Assembly (NCBI GenBank): GCA_002633005.1
Contig: NMRA01000872.1
Location: 38,475-102,474 of the forward strand
Direction of reading: 5' to 3'
Origin: Phoronis australis
Lineage: Eukaryota; Animalia; Phoronida
DNA length: 64,000 nt
Each line of letters begins with the position of its first letter. The stretch's first letter is position 1. The notes under the pieces were generated by a model. That model made no database searches. It had not been told where the DNA came from and saw only the letters and a list, made by a program, of their open reading frames with translations. The position numbers and the translations under genes were made by a program. Shown one piece after another: positions 50,227 through 62,310 of this stretch.

Positions 50227-53200
50227 TAACTCCAAAACCAACTAAAGACGCATTATCAACCATGGTTTTGTTACTTGCTCTTCCAAAGCCTATCTCCGAA
50301 TCATTAACCTTTGTTTGAATTGAAATTCGTTACTATACATCGCCTGGAATACTATCTCATGGCAGTGACACTGAACTTGCTGGTTTGAAGTACGACTGAC
50401 AGTCCTCGGCCTACGGATCATTTCTAAATACATGTACGAGGATAGAACAAGTTGAGACCAATTTTACAACTTTACAGTAAGTGCCCTAAATCAGACGTTG
50501 GCCTTTGACCACAGAATGGTTTTATTGAATTTAAAAACGGCAGACAACATCACTCAATGGTGACTAACACCTGGAACCACTGGCACTTTCAGTTGTGTGG
50601 CCGACCACAGGATTGAGCACGAGGTTTTCAATTATTGTCTGACGTGGGCTGCTGGAAACTAGATGTACAGAAAATGATCGACCACTGTAAAAATGGGATA
50701 CTGGTAACAGACCTTGGCGTGTGGGACCATGCCACTGGTAAAATATAGTGGCGTAGGGGACATTTTTCAAAGATTGTAGCAAACGGCGACTTTCAAATAT
50801 CGAGGAATAACACGTTTTCCCGCGGGTCTCATTACACATGCTCCACCTGAGTAAGTGTTCCCCGTGACAGAACAGCAACCAAGATATGCTTTTGTAGACC
50901 ATAGGTTACTAGTCTCTTCACAACCCCATGTCTGAACCCACAATAAAACAGCTAGGTGTACTTCATGCACAAGACGGCCAGTTTCAGGTGACACGATACT
51001 GTTCCTCTGTCAAGTCTACCATTCTAGGCTTCACTATTCAAAACCAATAAGGGGTAATAAAACAATAAGCCAGGGTCATAAACCTTTTGTTAACCTGTGT
51101 TTACTTACAATTTTATGATTAAGAGCAGGGCTAACACAGAAACCTCATCACTGACCTTGCATGACAATATCAAAAGGCCTATTGTGTATGAGCAACACCC
51201 AGGATTTACAACCATGTGCAAACTTTTAAGCCATCACCTCGACTAGTTACCCCTCCAAGCCCAAAATGTACAAACTGATATAAACCTTATCCTATGAAGG
51301 CTACTGAACTTGAACAAAAAGGTTTTAATCCTTGGTAAAAAATGCACGGTTGTCCAATCAGGCGCATTCAATTTCATTTAAATACTATACTAACAACACA
51401 TCAGAAACAACCTGGTAAATCCTACCAATGGCAAGTTATGCTAATTGTTCTTTAACCCAATTGTTCTTTTCTACATATCATGTTGCACTCCATAGAAAAC
51501 AACCTCTCCTACTATGTACAGGTTCAAGTTTCAAAGCTATGCAATGGAATATTTATACATACAAAATCCTCAAACTCTCGCCTACACCAACAACAACTAG
51601 AACTAGATTTACTTAGGTTCCTGAAATTTTCCAACAATTCAAGTTCAAAATAATTTACTACTAACACTGAAGTTCCATTCAATTTCTATAAAATATTCAC
51701 ACGATAATGCATCATGCATGCCAAAAAAGAATGCCGCTTTTGTTTATAAATGTATTCAATCTCACATCCTGTACACCAAGAATAAAAGAGGGCATTCCTA
51801 GGTCTGGACAAGGAAAATAATTTGCACAAACATTTATGTCAGCGAACACGAATTACTTAACATTTTTAATTGGGAGCCTCGGTAATTTTGGTCACCTATG
51901 CATACCTGTATGTGCTGTACAAAACAAAAGTAATAAAAGTAATAACACAAAATACCATTTCCCGGCACGACAGGAAATGGTAAAAAGGAGCTGTTAATTA
52001 CTACTATGGGTTTCATAACCTTGCTAAATTTGCTGAAAATTTCTCTCCAGTTTCAGCTGTGATGGTAGGCAACTCAGACAATGAATTCACTTCTGCCCAG
52101 CCTTCACCATGGGGAAATTCCACGTCATTTTGTCTGAAAACCTTTGACCTGTATTGCACATTTAACTCCCATCACCCACACACTTGAACAGCACTAGTTA
52201 AATGTAATCTATTCTAACACTTGTCACAAGTAAATAATCAGTGTTTAATGTGACGTTATGGCAGCTACCCAAAAATTGGTAATTTGTAAATGGACTGGCA
52301 AGAGTAATTTTCGTAATTTCGAAAAAATCTGCAGAGCCACAACTATCGAGATTTTGTTGAGAACTTGTCAAAAGGAAAAGAATAGTCACTGTTTTGTGTG
52401 CCAAAACTGTGTTTTGTGTCACTGTCCAGTTTATTTTGAAACCCCCTGCAGGACTAAGAACACTTCGAGACAAGTTCTGCTGTAAACTTGCCTTTGGTAG
52501 AAAAATTAGTACAGAAAAGGTACCATTATACACTTAGACTCGGACTGGTCCAGGGCACAAGATTTGGCTGATGACCAGTGCTTGAGACAACATGTTGGCT
52601 TGAACTGGCAGCTCAGTCTATGTGTGAAGCAAAGCCCTTAACAATAACAACAAATCCCTCTCTGTTAGTCCATAAACCACAGTAAACTATCTTAACTGTA
52701 ATTTGGGACCACAACACTTTTGAAACCAGGATGACAACAACTCACCCAGTCACACTAAACTCTTACATACTAGTACTTAGAATTTTAAATTATTTCAACA
52801 AATTTGCCCCTAAATAGTCTTTTCAATACTTAATTAATTTCACAAGAACAGCTTTAGAATCAACATTCTAAGCTTACAGTTATTTCACATCCACATATGG
52901 CACTATACTTCCACACTGAGATGCTCAGTTCATTTATATTGAAATAAGTGCACCCTCCAAAAACAGCCCCTTTGGGGATCAGCTGAGCGCAAAATTACGC
53001 AGGTAAATAATGCCCTCCTCTGCTTTAAGTAAACAGGGTCTTCTGGTTGCGGACCCTGAATTCTTCTGTTGCCAATTTCCAAATTTGTAACACACAGGAC
53101 TAAAGGAATCGTACAAAACAGTGTTTCCTCATCGAGTCCAGGTAATGACAGTCATGACAGGTCGTTCTAGTTACCTTGATGACGAGTTCTGTTTGCATCC

Positions 53201-54224
53201 AGACATGCTGACGGCGAATCCCGCTGGCACTCCGCCTCCACGATGAGGAATTCTGGGTAATTTTGTCCGATTATTTTAGAGTGCACAATAAGAAGCCAAG
53301 GTAGGACATTTACAACAAATAGTAGTTCACCTTTAACACCACCAAAAGTCAACAGTTCATAAGCGGGAATGTACTGGAATTTGCAAGAAGTTCCTGCAAG
53401 CAAAAAATGTGCAACTCGTCACGATTGACGGATAAGATGCACGTGCTTCTTCTGACGATGACATAAACGCAAAAGGAACGGAAAGTGTGTCGTCACCTTA
53501 CTGGGGTAGTCTAGAAGATTCCCCCACTTTAGTTGTAACCCTTGGCATTTCTCTACAGGAATGCATAACAGGTCAAACATTTAACTGGACAATCAGCAGT
53601 TCAACTCTGTTTTAGAACACACGTGGTCAATATGTGAATGAGCTTCAAATTCTAAAATGTTAAATTTATCGAATTTGTCAGTTTGAACAATTAGCGCATG
53701 GGAATAAGTCACCATCATGTTGTTTGCCACCAAAAGGAGGAGTTGTTGAGGGTATAACATAATCACTTTCCATCCCTAGTGCTGAATCCGCTTGCAAACA
53801 ACCTTCTGTAGTTAAGAGGAAAAGTATTCAGGCACTTTCACTTAAGTCTGGTAAAGAAGTCTCACTTCAGAGTCAGTATAGACTTCGAGTTGCCTGTGGA
53901 AAACAATACACACAGTTCCAAAGTAGCAGCAACTACGAAGAAATAGACCTCCTCTGTTGTGAATTGAGAAAAATAAATGAGACATTGTAGCAATGTACTT
54001 GAATCGAATTTCACAATGTCTTCATCTAGTCCACTCATAGTCCTCTCTTGATCATCTCCCTATCCTGAAAGTGAGCAACGACACCGTGAATCAACACGAA
54101 AAAGTCTTATGCTACTTTGGACAGTGAAACAAACAGGTTACTCAATTCAGAGGAGATAAAAGTTTTAAAATCATTAAATTTCAATAGGTTTTCACGAGAA
54201 AGATGAATACTCAATTTTTGGCAA

Positions 54225-54310
54225 TGGTCAGATGTAACACGCCCATATTTTGAGAACCAGTCAAATGCCCGTTATTCAGTGGAGAAAACTGGTTTCCAAA
54301 ACGTGGGCAT
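54225..54310. mobile_element. ~105-bp palindromic MITE family, copy 2
   Basis: ggtcagatgtaacacgcccatattttgagaaccagtcaaatgcccgttattcagtggagaaaactggtttccaaaacgtgggcat. Confidence 0.65.
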
Positions 54311-54510
54311 CCCAAAAGAGATTGACTTCTTGACTACCAAATATGTTCCCATTTCATTTGTACAGGGATCTTGTCATACAATGCAAAGGTTCAATAGACA
54401 TAGCACAAGGCTATGTTATTTTTCATCAGGCTTTGTTAGTGATGGGATAAACTGTAGAAAATCTCATCAGGGCAAACAAAATGCAGTCCACAATACATCA
54501 GAAATGCAAT

Positions 54511-55530
54511 CTACCCACAAACAGATCACAGGTCAGACCTCCCTCTAACTAGGAAAAGACCACAGGTCTGACCTCCCTCTAACCACAAACAGATCACAGG
54601 TCTGACCTCCCTCTAACCACAAACAGACCACAGGTCTGACCTCCCTATAACCACAAACCCATCAAAAGTCTGACCTCCCTCTAACCACAAACAAACCACA
54701 GGTCTGACCTCCCTCTAACCACAAACAGATCACAGGTCTGACCTCCCTCTAACCACAAACAGATCACAGGTCTGACCTCCCTATAACCACAAACCCATCA
54801 AAAGTCTGACCTCCCTCTAACCACAAACAAACCACAGGTCTGACCTCCCTCTAACCACAAACAGATCACAGGTCTGACCTCCCTCTAACCACAAACAGAT
54901 CACAGGTCTGACCTCCCTATAACCACAAACCCATCAAAAGTCTGACCTCCCTCTAACCACAAACAAACCACAGGTCTGACCTCCCTCTAACCACAAACAG
55001 ATCACAGGTCTGACCTCCCTCTAACCACAAACAGATCACAGGTCTGACCTCCCTATAACCACAAACAGACCACAGGTCTGACCTCCCTATAACCACAAAC
55101 CCATCAAAAGTCTGACCTCCCTCTAACCACAAACAAACCACAGGTCTGACCTCCCTCTAACCACAAACAGATCACAGGTCTGACCTCCCTCTAACCACAA
55201 ACAGATCACAGGTCTGACCTCCCTATAACCACAAACCCATCAAAAGTCTGACCTCCCTCTAACCACAAACAAACCACAGGTCTGACCTCCTCTAACCACA
55301 AACAAATCACTAGTCTGACCTCCCTCTAACCACACACAGATCAAAAGTCTGCCCTTCGCTAACCACAAACAAATCACTGGTCTGACCTCCCTCTAACCAC
55401 AAAAAGATTAAAATTCTGACCTCCCTCTAACCACAAACAAATCACTAGTCTGACCTCCCTCTACCCACAAACAAATAACTGGTCTAACCTCCCTTTAACC
55501 ACAAACAGATCACAGTCTGACCTTCCTCTC
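54511..55530. repeat. 34-bp minisatellite (~30 units) with 4-unit (136-bp) higher-order structure
   Basis: Unit CTAACCACAAACAGATCACAGGTCTGACCTCCCT. The variant ...CCCATCAAAAG... recurs at 54658, 54794, 54930, 55100 and 55236. A lone unit lies at ~56086-56123. Confidence 0.95.
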
Positions 55531-56157
55531 TCACTGGTTCCATGCACGCCGCTAGGTGGTCAGTAACCAACATGCAGGTATCAGTTAATTTTCCTCGGAA
55601 AATCCTTTTACACTGGCATTTCTGATTGGCTGGTCGAATTCTCAACAGGCAGCGCTTTACGCAAACAAACTGGCATGACTGATGGACTGCAGTGTAAATG
55701 TGGTCTGTTGTACATGTTCAGGATATGTGAATCCTAGGAATTGAGGTTGCGCCTTTAAGGTGTGCATCTTTTTACTGTCAATGACTTTTGTTTACGATAC
55801 TGTTCTGAATTCATACAGTATGAATGCCACAGGTTAAATCAGCCACTGTGTTTACTGTATGTATGTGTTTCAAGCACGCCCCTATTACACAACAGTGCAG
55901 AAACGAAATAGTTGCCGCCACGCAAGTTGCATGACAAGGCTAAGAATCGTTCGCAGTCCGCCATTTTTTCACCGTGTTGAAAAGCTAACCAATGACTGCT
56001 GAGGTTACATCGACCAATGCTAATGCGTATACCACTGCGTGATACCTGCGTACTGGCTCAGGCTAGGCATGTAGGGAACCAGCGACACCTCCCTCAAACC
56101 ACAAACGGACCACAGGTCTGACCAAAAATCACTTACTATGTATTGTACATTCAGACG

Positions 56158-59100
56158 CTATTTAAGTAACCTAGCCCGGCCGTTGGTTTCAAACACCGTC
56201 ATGTCGTCATCTTCGTCATCGAGGTCAAGGGGTTGAAGTTCAAGATTATCTGCTGAGCTCACGATCCCGTATTTCTTTGTCTTGCGGCGTCTCATCCTGT
56301 AAAAACAAAAAGCAACCAATTCTCATAGGACTGCAGGTTGATGATGCTTTAGTCTTTTTGATAAACCATTACTCTGGCAATGACACAGGGATACATTATA
56401 TACCTGTGATGTAGGTATCACAAACCTACGTCACAAAAACCCACACAACAGGAGTGCACCCGAGTCCAAAATTCACTTATTAAATTAAAAAATTAAATAA
56501 ATATCCTGAAGTGGGTTTTGGATGCAAAACAAAATAAAACTAACACTAGGAGGTGCCACAGCAGTCAGTCGCCATCATCAAAAGTCCATTTCACACTGAA
56601 AACATATACAGCGATTTTTTAAAACCATGCCTAGAATGATTTGGTTGATCGAGGGGTGGACGTCAAAAACGAGATTTGAAAACAGCAAAAATGGCCACCA
56701 GGTGACGCAAAATACCTCAAGTCCATCCAAAAACAGGATGATAGCATCATCTCACAAATAAATGCCTATATTCAAAATTTTATGAAAATCTGTTGAGGAC
56801 CATATCAAATCAACACAGAAAAATCAGGAACCCCAACTGGAAAATCAAACCACAGGTCTCTAGATTGCTGGTCTGGTGTTCTCACCACTGAGCTACTGAG
56901 GACCCCACATCTGTGAAACTACTGTTTACAGCCAACTGTTAAGTCATACATCCCATGAGCGGCGTTTCGCCATTTTCACAAGGGATTAAGGGGTTGAGGA
57001 CTGGTAAATGTAAAAACTAAAATTGCCACTAGGGGGCACACCAATAGTCCGATCCGTCTGAAAGTTGTCATCGTCCATTGTCAACACCATACAAATACAC
57101 TTGCTAAATTAACCAAAAATCGGTTATATAGATATAGCCATGAGCGCAAAAAAAAACAAAACTGCCACTAGGAGACACCACAGTAGTCAAACTGGTTGGA
57201 AATTCAATGTCAGTTGTTCACTTTATAGTAAAAACATACATGCTCATTTTTACAACTATCCTGAAAGCGGTTTGGTTGATAGACGAGTGAATGCCAAAAA
57301 ACAGACTCGAAAACAGTAAAAATGGCCACTAGGGGGGGCAAACTAGGTTGTATCCACCTAAACACAGAGAGGTAGAATGACTTCATTAGGATAAGCCAAA
57401 TTTTATGAAAATATGTTGAGGACCTTTGAATATACAGAGGTAAATGTAAAAAATAAAATTGCCACTAGGTGGCACAACAGTAGTCAGGTCTGTCAGAAAG
57501 TCATCATCTTCCTTTGCTAACATCATATAAATACACTTACTAAATTTAGTAAAGATCCTGCAAACGGTTTAGGAGATACAGCCATAGGTGTAAAAAATCA
57601 TAACTGCCACTAGGAAGCGCCACAGTGGTCAAAGTCGTCGGACAATCATCGTCAGCCGTCCACTTCATAACAAGAACACACATGCCAATTTTCACAATCA
57701 TCCTTTGAGCAGTTTGGTTGACTCAAAACCAGTAAAAATGGCCATAAGTGGCGCAAACTAGGTCGAATTCGTCCAAAAACGGAAGGATCGCGTCACTTTA
57801 CTAACAGGTGCCTATATACCAAATTTTATGAGAATCCGTTCAGGACTTTCGAAGATACAGAGGTAAACGTAAAAAACTACAATTGCCACTAGGGTGCACA
57901 CCGGTAGTCGGATCCGTCCAAACGTTCGCTGATGCCCTCCCATCCACATGTATGAAATTTCATGAACATACATCGAGGCGTTTTGGAGACAGAGCAGCCG
58001 ACGCCGGTCGGAGATGACAGCATAATGTGTCCACATATAAATATGTGGGCGCATAAAAAGCAATATTTCATTTCTTCCTAGAACCAATATAAAGTCTTTA
58101 TCACTTTTACATATACAACACAAGCTACCAACTCACAAAGTTTCAGATAAGAATAAGTACTTGCAACAGTGCTCGAAGCCCTTTGAAAAATGTAAGAGAT
58201 TTAATTCCCCAATAATTCATGTCTGAAATTGACAACATTTTAAACTAATTGCAGCATTTCCTTATTTTCACACCTGCATGCTGGCACATGCCAAGAACCA
58301 TAGACAACAATCTGATATAATATGCCCTTATTTTGAGAACCAGTTGATCTCCATTATTCAGTGGAGAAAACTGGTTCACAATACATGGACATGTAATATC
58401 AGACTATTACTGAACCTTATGCACATCTGAAACTACAGCAACAGGTGATGTCCTAGATCAGAATTTGCTCAACTGTAGCTGAAGTGTTTCACAACTGAAC
58501 AAATAAGGCTTTGCAGAAAATTAGAATCTGAATGTGAATTAGCAAGTTCAGTGAGGAAAAACCTCACCAACATGAATTTAGGACACAATTGAGTAAAATT
58601 TTATAATTTCATTTTTTTTAAATTTATGAGAAACAGCTCTAATAAGTTGCTTTATCAGTTTTAAAGATTTATACCAAACACACCATCTAGCAATGGTTTT
58701 GAGAAATTGTGGGAAAACACCACAATTGGCAATTATTGTTGTCTGAAATCACACAATTTTACTGTAATATGACTGCTTTGTTGGTCTTTAGCACTATGCA
58801 GATCCAATTCCAAGTTTGTCAGATAATGGCAAAATGATGAAAGAGCTGAATGCAATCATAATCAGTAATTTATTTCATTGGTGTCATATTACTTTTTCCA
58901 CATTATATTATCCAGTCATGACCGATTACATGCAATGGAAAACACACCAAGGCCCGGTCTCCAATCTTTTTACTCGAAATGGAACTCGAAATTAGGTTTG
59001 GCATTTTCTACTCTACTTTTGGGTGAAATCAAGATAAGTGTCTATTATTCTATGCTCGAGTACACAATAAATTACGTAGATAATTTATTGCCCTTAGTTC

Positions 59101-62100
59101 ACAGTTTGTAAACCCAATATTAAAGCAATAAGTTCGAGTTTGAGCTCGAAAATTTGGAGTTTTTACTCGAGTTTGTAGCACGAATATAAGGGTCTTCAAG
59201 GGCAAACTTGAACTAGAAACTCCTATGCATAAACTATAATGTATTCGAGCACAGTCTGATAATCAATTATCTTAAGTTCGCACAAAAGGAGCACAGAAAT
59301 TGCCAAAAATAATTTCGAGTTCGTTTCGAGTACAAAGATTAGAGACAGGGCCCAGTTTGACAAAAAGTAATGAAAAATATGAGGATGATTTTTCATTTTT
59401 CAAAGACCGTTTGCATTTTTATAAATGGCTGCCAAACCTTTGACTGATGGCAGCTGAAAATTGAAACCACAGCGTCATGAAACTCTACCATTTGTCAATC
59501 AAACAAGTTGTCCTGTGACCATGCCAAGCTATCAACCACATCAAAAACCACAAAGTAAACACACACTGATTTGGAATCTTAGAGCAGCAAAACACAACTT
59601 CCACTGAGCAGTACTAGTAATTTGTTCACTGAGGACAAATATGCATAGATCGCGTCAAGCGCCATGTTCACTGTGAAACCCATTTCTTGCTCAGAGTTGC
59701 TGTTGTTGAGATGAATGTTCTTTTATCAACATAGTCCTTGAATGTGTTGAATTCTGTTAAATTGTGCTACAAATAGCATTTTTTGTATGATCAACATGAC
59801 ATTTACAACGTTCATTTCGCCGATAGTTCAAGAACTTATAGCTTTGGGGCTCAATCAGATACAAGATGGCGCTGTGGTGATCGTTTTTCAAATGATTTTT
59901 GCAAAGCTCAAGCTGCCTAGAGTGATTTTTGGACACAACCTTGTAAAATTTGGAACGGTAAAAGACCCCTTTAACTGCTCTTTGCAGTGCCTTATTGTTT
60001 TTTTCATTATGTCTTATACAGTTCATGAGTTATTTGAGAATTAACATCTTCTAATTTGACAAATGCTCTCTTATTTTGTAATTTTAATGATTATCATGAT
60101 CTGTTGGTGTACCAGGCTCGTGGTCATTCGCATTGTTGGTTTTGTCGAGCTCAGTTACCTATGTTTTTATAATTTCCCGGATTCATGTGAGAAAAATGCA
60201 GTCGTGGGTCAATTGTCCAACAGAGCCCCAAATTTATGGGTCAGTCTTGAAGATCTAAGCCATTCGACCATGAATCCGCAGGTTATTCTTGCATTATTTA
60301 CATGCTTTAGCTGCTTTTGCGTGTGTTTAACCCTCCCCCAATAGACGTACCTATAGCTTCATGGCCCCTTCACCCAGCTTCTTGTAGAAACCTTATCACA
60401 GGCAAGATTATTTCTAGGCCTTTCTTGCACTCCTTGAGTGGCACCAAGGCATGGTGAATTTATGTTTGAAAGGCATTATGAGAAGGAACACTAATAAACA
60501 GTGAGTTTGTTACCTACACAAATGCAAAGCTGGGCAACACTCTTGATATAATGTGTCTGTAGTTACTAGTAGGGAATCAGTTGATGCTCGTTATTCAACT
60601 GGAGAAAGCTGGTTCTCAAAATGCAAGCACGTTATATTAGAATGTTACCGGAAAGCTGGTGAACCCATTCAATAACAATGTGGAGTCAGGAATGGGTGAC
60701 CTTATCAAGACCACAAGCATCCTCAGCTTCTGATCGTCCCCAATACACTACTACACTTGGTATGACACTCGAGACTAGAAATTCCACAGATGCTTTACTT
60801 CAGCAGTCCACATCAAACACAAAACTTAATAGATTTACGCAAAATAAGGGCTCAACAAACCATGAGCAGTTGTTCTTCCTTCTAATGCCATTTACGGTGT
60901 CCTGTCCCAGCGAGTTCACAACAAATCTGTGGTCAAAGCACAAAAATCTTCCCAAAAAGCAACATTACTCCAGGGGCACGGTGATTGGGGGAGGGGCCTT
61001 CCAATTTGTTTTCATTTGTCCAAATCTTCATGAATGTGAATTAATTATTGTATTTGGTTATTGTATTGAGTTTGAGGGTAAACGTAAACATTGCAGTGTG
61101 AACTGCTCTATCAGTATACTCTGCCTCTACTGTTGTTGTTTTTAGTTGATGTAAGCGTTCTGAAGATGTCGCGAGGGGCCTTATGAGCATGCGCATTAGA
61201 TGATGCCGAATGGGTCGATTTATGCTTTTCGCTTTGCTGTGAATGTTAGCAATTGACCCAGGAAAATCTGCTGGTGTTGTTTTTATTTGTTTCGATGCCA
61301 ACAAATGGAAGCGGTGAACGTGTTGCTGTCACATATAAAATGTTTGAGTTAATTTACTCTCAGATTTGACAGGCTTGGAGTTATTCCGGATGTGACCGCC
61401 AGACGGCCATATTTAATAGCAGTTGTGTAACCTTCTCTATACAGTCGAGGAATAGTTAAAGGTGCCTGTAATTGACCCCTTTTGTATAAATTTATCAATT
61501 GAGTTTCAAATGCGTTTCATATGGATAGCTGAAGTGAAGCACCCGTGCATGGAATTTCAATTCCCAAGTGTCATACCTTGTTGTAGTATATTGTTGTAGA
61601 TGTGCTTACAGTGAAACATATGAGCCTCTGTTAGCTACTCGCTAACGGGAAATTGACTATAAACTGAATGGTTAGCACGGTTGCTAGTTTTATGGGGGTC
61701 ACTGGTTCCATTCCCGGGTCGGGTAAACTCGGCTATTACTAGAATATTGTGTGCTGGGGACAATGAGAAACTGAGGATGGCTGTGATCAAGACAAATAAA
61801 ATCTATGAGTAAGCCTAGTTTGTTGTGAGTAAAAGTGACTTACCGCCAATACTTCACTCCGAAATATATCACAACAATGCCTGTGAGTCCCATTAACACG
61901 TACAGTGTTCGTTTTATCATTTCAAAATTTTCGTGCCAGAACTTGTCGATCTCGCCCATGATTCCATGGTAGTCGACGGCACAGTCCGTAGAGTTTGAAT
62001 TCGTGCAGTTCTGATTTCCAGACACGGTGGAATTGTTTTTGGGAATCTGTTGATTATCCGTGGTTTGTGCTGTAGCAGCTGCTGTCCGCTTTGACGACGT

Positions 62101-62241
62101 CATTGTCGTGGAGTCCACGTCAGCGCTTGTTGTTTTAGTCGCTGCCTCGACTCTGACAGATCCATGTGCGACAGCACACGCCAAAATAACGAACGATACA
62201 AGGACAGACGTGCAACAAAGTGTTCTAACCATTGTGTCCAT
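56158..62241 (-). CDS. FAM174: FAM174-family (DUF1180) single-pass membrane protein, 178 aa
   Basis: Exon 62241-61844 encodes a signal peptide, a Thr/Ser-rich ectodomain and the TM region MIKRTLYVLMGLTGIVVIYFGVKYWR. Exon 56296-56158 encodes MRRRKTKKYGIVSSADNLELQPLDLDDEDDDMTVFE, the typical FAM174 tail. A further 3' exon probably starts at 54064, with a long 3' UTR to AATAAA at ~50526. Confidence 0.9.
56445..58059 (+). mobile_element. DINE-1/HINE (Helentron-associated)-like element with internal ~145-bp subrepeats (~430-bp higher-order period)
   Basis: Repeated blocks aaattgccactagg.../aaattttatgaaaat.tgttgaggac. A 3' hairpin ccacatat-aa-atatgtgg at 58031-58048 is followed by gcataaaaa. The family assignment and 5' boundary are inferred. 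Confidence 0.55.
56830..56907 (-). mobile_element. tRNA-derived SINE head nested in the repeat array
   Basis: Minus strand reads gtggggtcctcagTAGCTCAGTGGtgagaacaccagaccagcaatctagagacctgtGGTTTGATTttccagttgggg: intact A-box and decayed B-box. Confidence 0.6.
58308..58410. mobile_element. ~105-bp palindromic MITE family, copy 3
   Basis: aatctgatataatatgcccttattttgagaaccagttgatctccattattcagtggagaaaactggttcacaatacatggacatgtaatatcagactatt. Confidence 0.7.
58951..59352. mobile_element. ~400-bp foldback MITE, PIF/Harbinger-like (GGCCC termini)
   Basis: ggcccggtctccaatctttttactcgaaatggaactcgaaatta is mirrored by taatttcgagttcgtttcgagtacaaagattagagacagggcc. Flanks are caa/cag. Confidence 0.75.
60572..60648. 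mobile_element. ~105-bp palindromic MITE family, copy 4 (partial)
   Basis: gaatcagttgatgctcgttattcaactggagaaagctggttctcaaaatgcaagcacgttatattaga. Confidence 0.55.
61592..61743 (+). mobile_element. Solo LTR of the tRNA-promoter TRIM family, 4-bp TSD ATAT
   Basis: Homologous along its whole length to 27613-27768 and 28003-28148. Flanked by ATAT at 61588-61591 and 61744-61747. No PBS or PPT adjacent. Confidence 0.88.
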
Positions 62242-62296
62242 CGTTTTACAAGGAATATGCTAGCGCAACAAACAACAACAACTACATGGTCCAAAA

Positions 62297-62310
62297 CCGG
62301 AAGTCACATG
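62297..62310. promoter_or_regulatory. ETS (CCGGAAGT) plus E-box-like (CACATG) site just upstream of FAM174
   Basis: ccggaagtcacatg lies ~55-70 bp 5' of the FAM174 ATG, as is typical of housekeeping promoters. Function is inferred only. Confidence 0.4.

Noticed and set aside
54511-55530. CRISPR-like array of ~34-bp repeats
   Set aside because: Units are directly adjacent with no unique spacers, the context is a eukaryotic intron, and there are no cas genes. It is a minisatellite.
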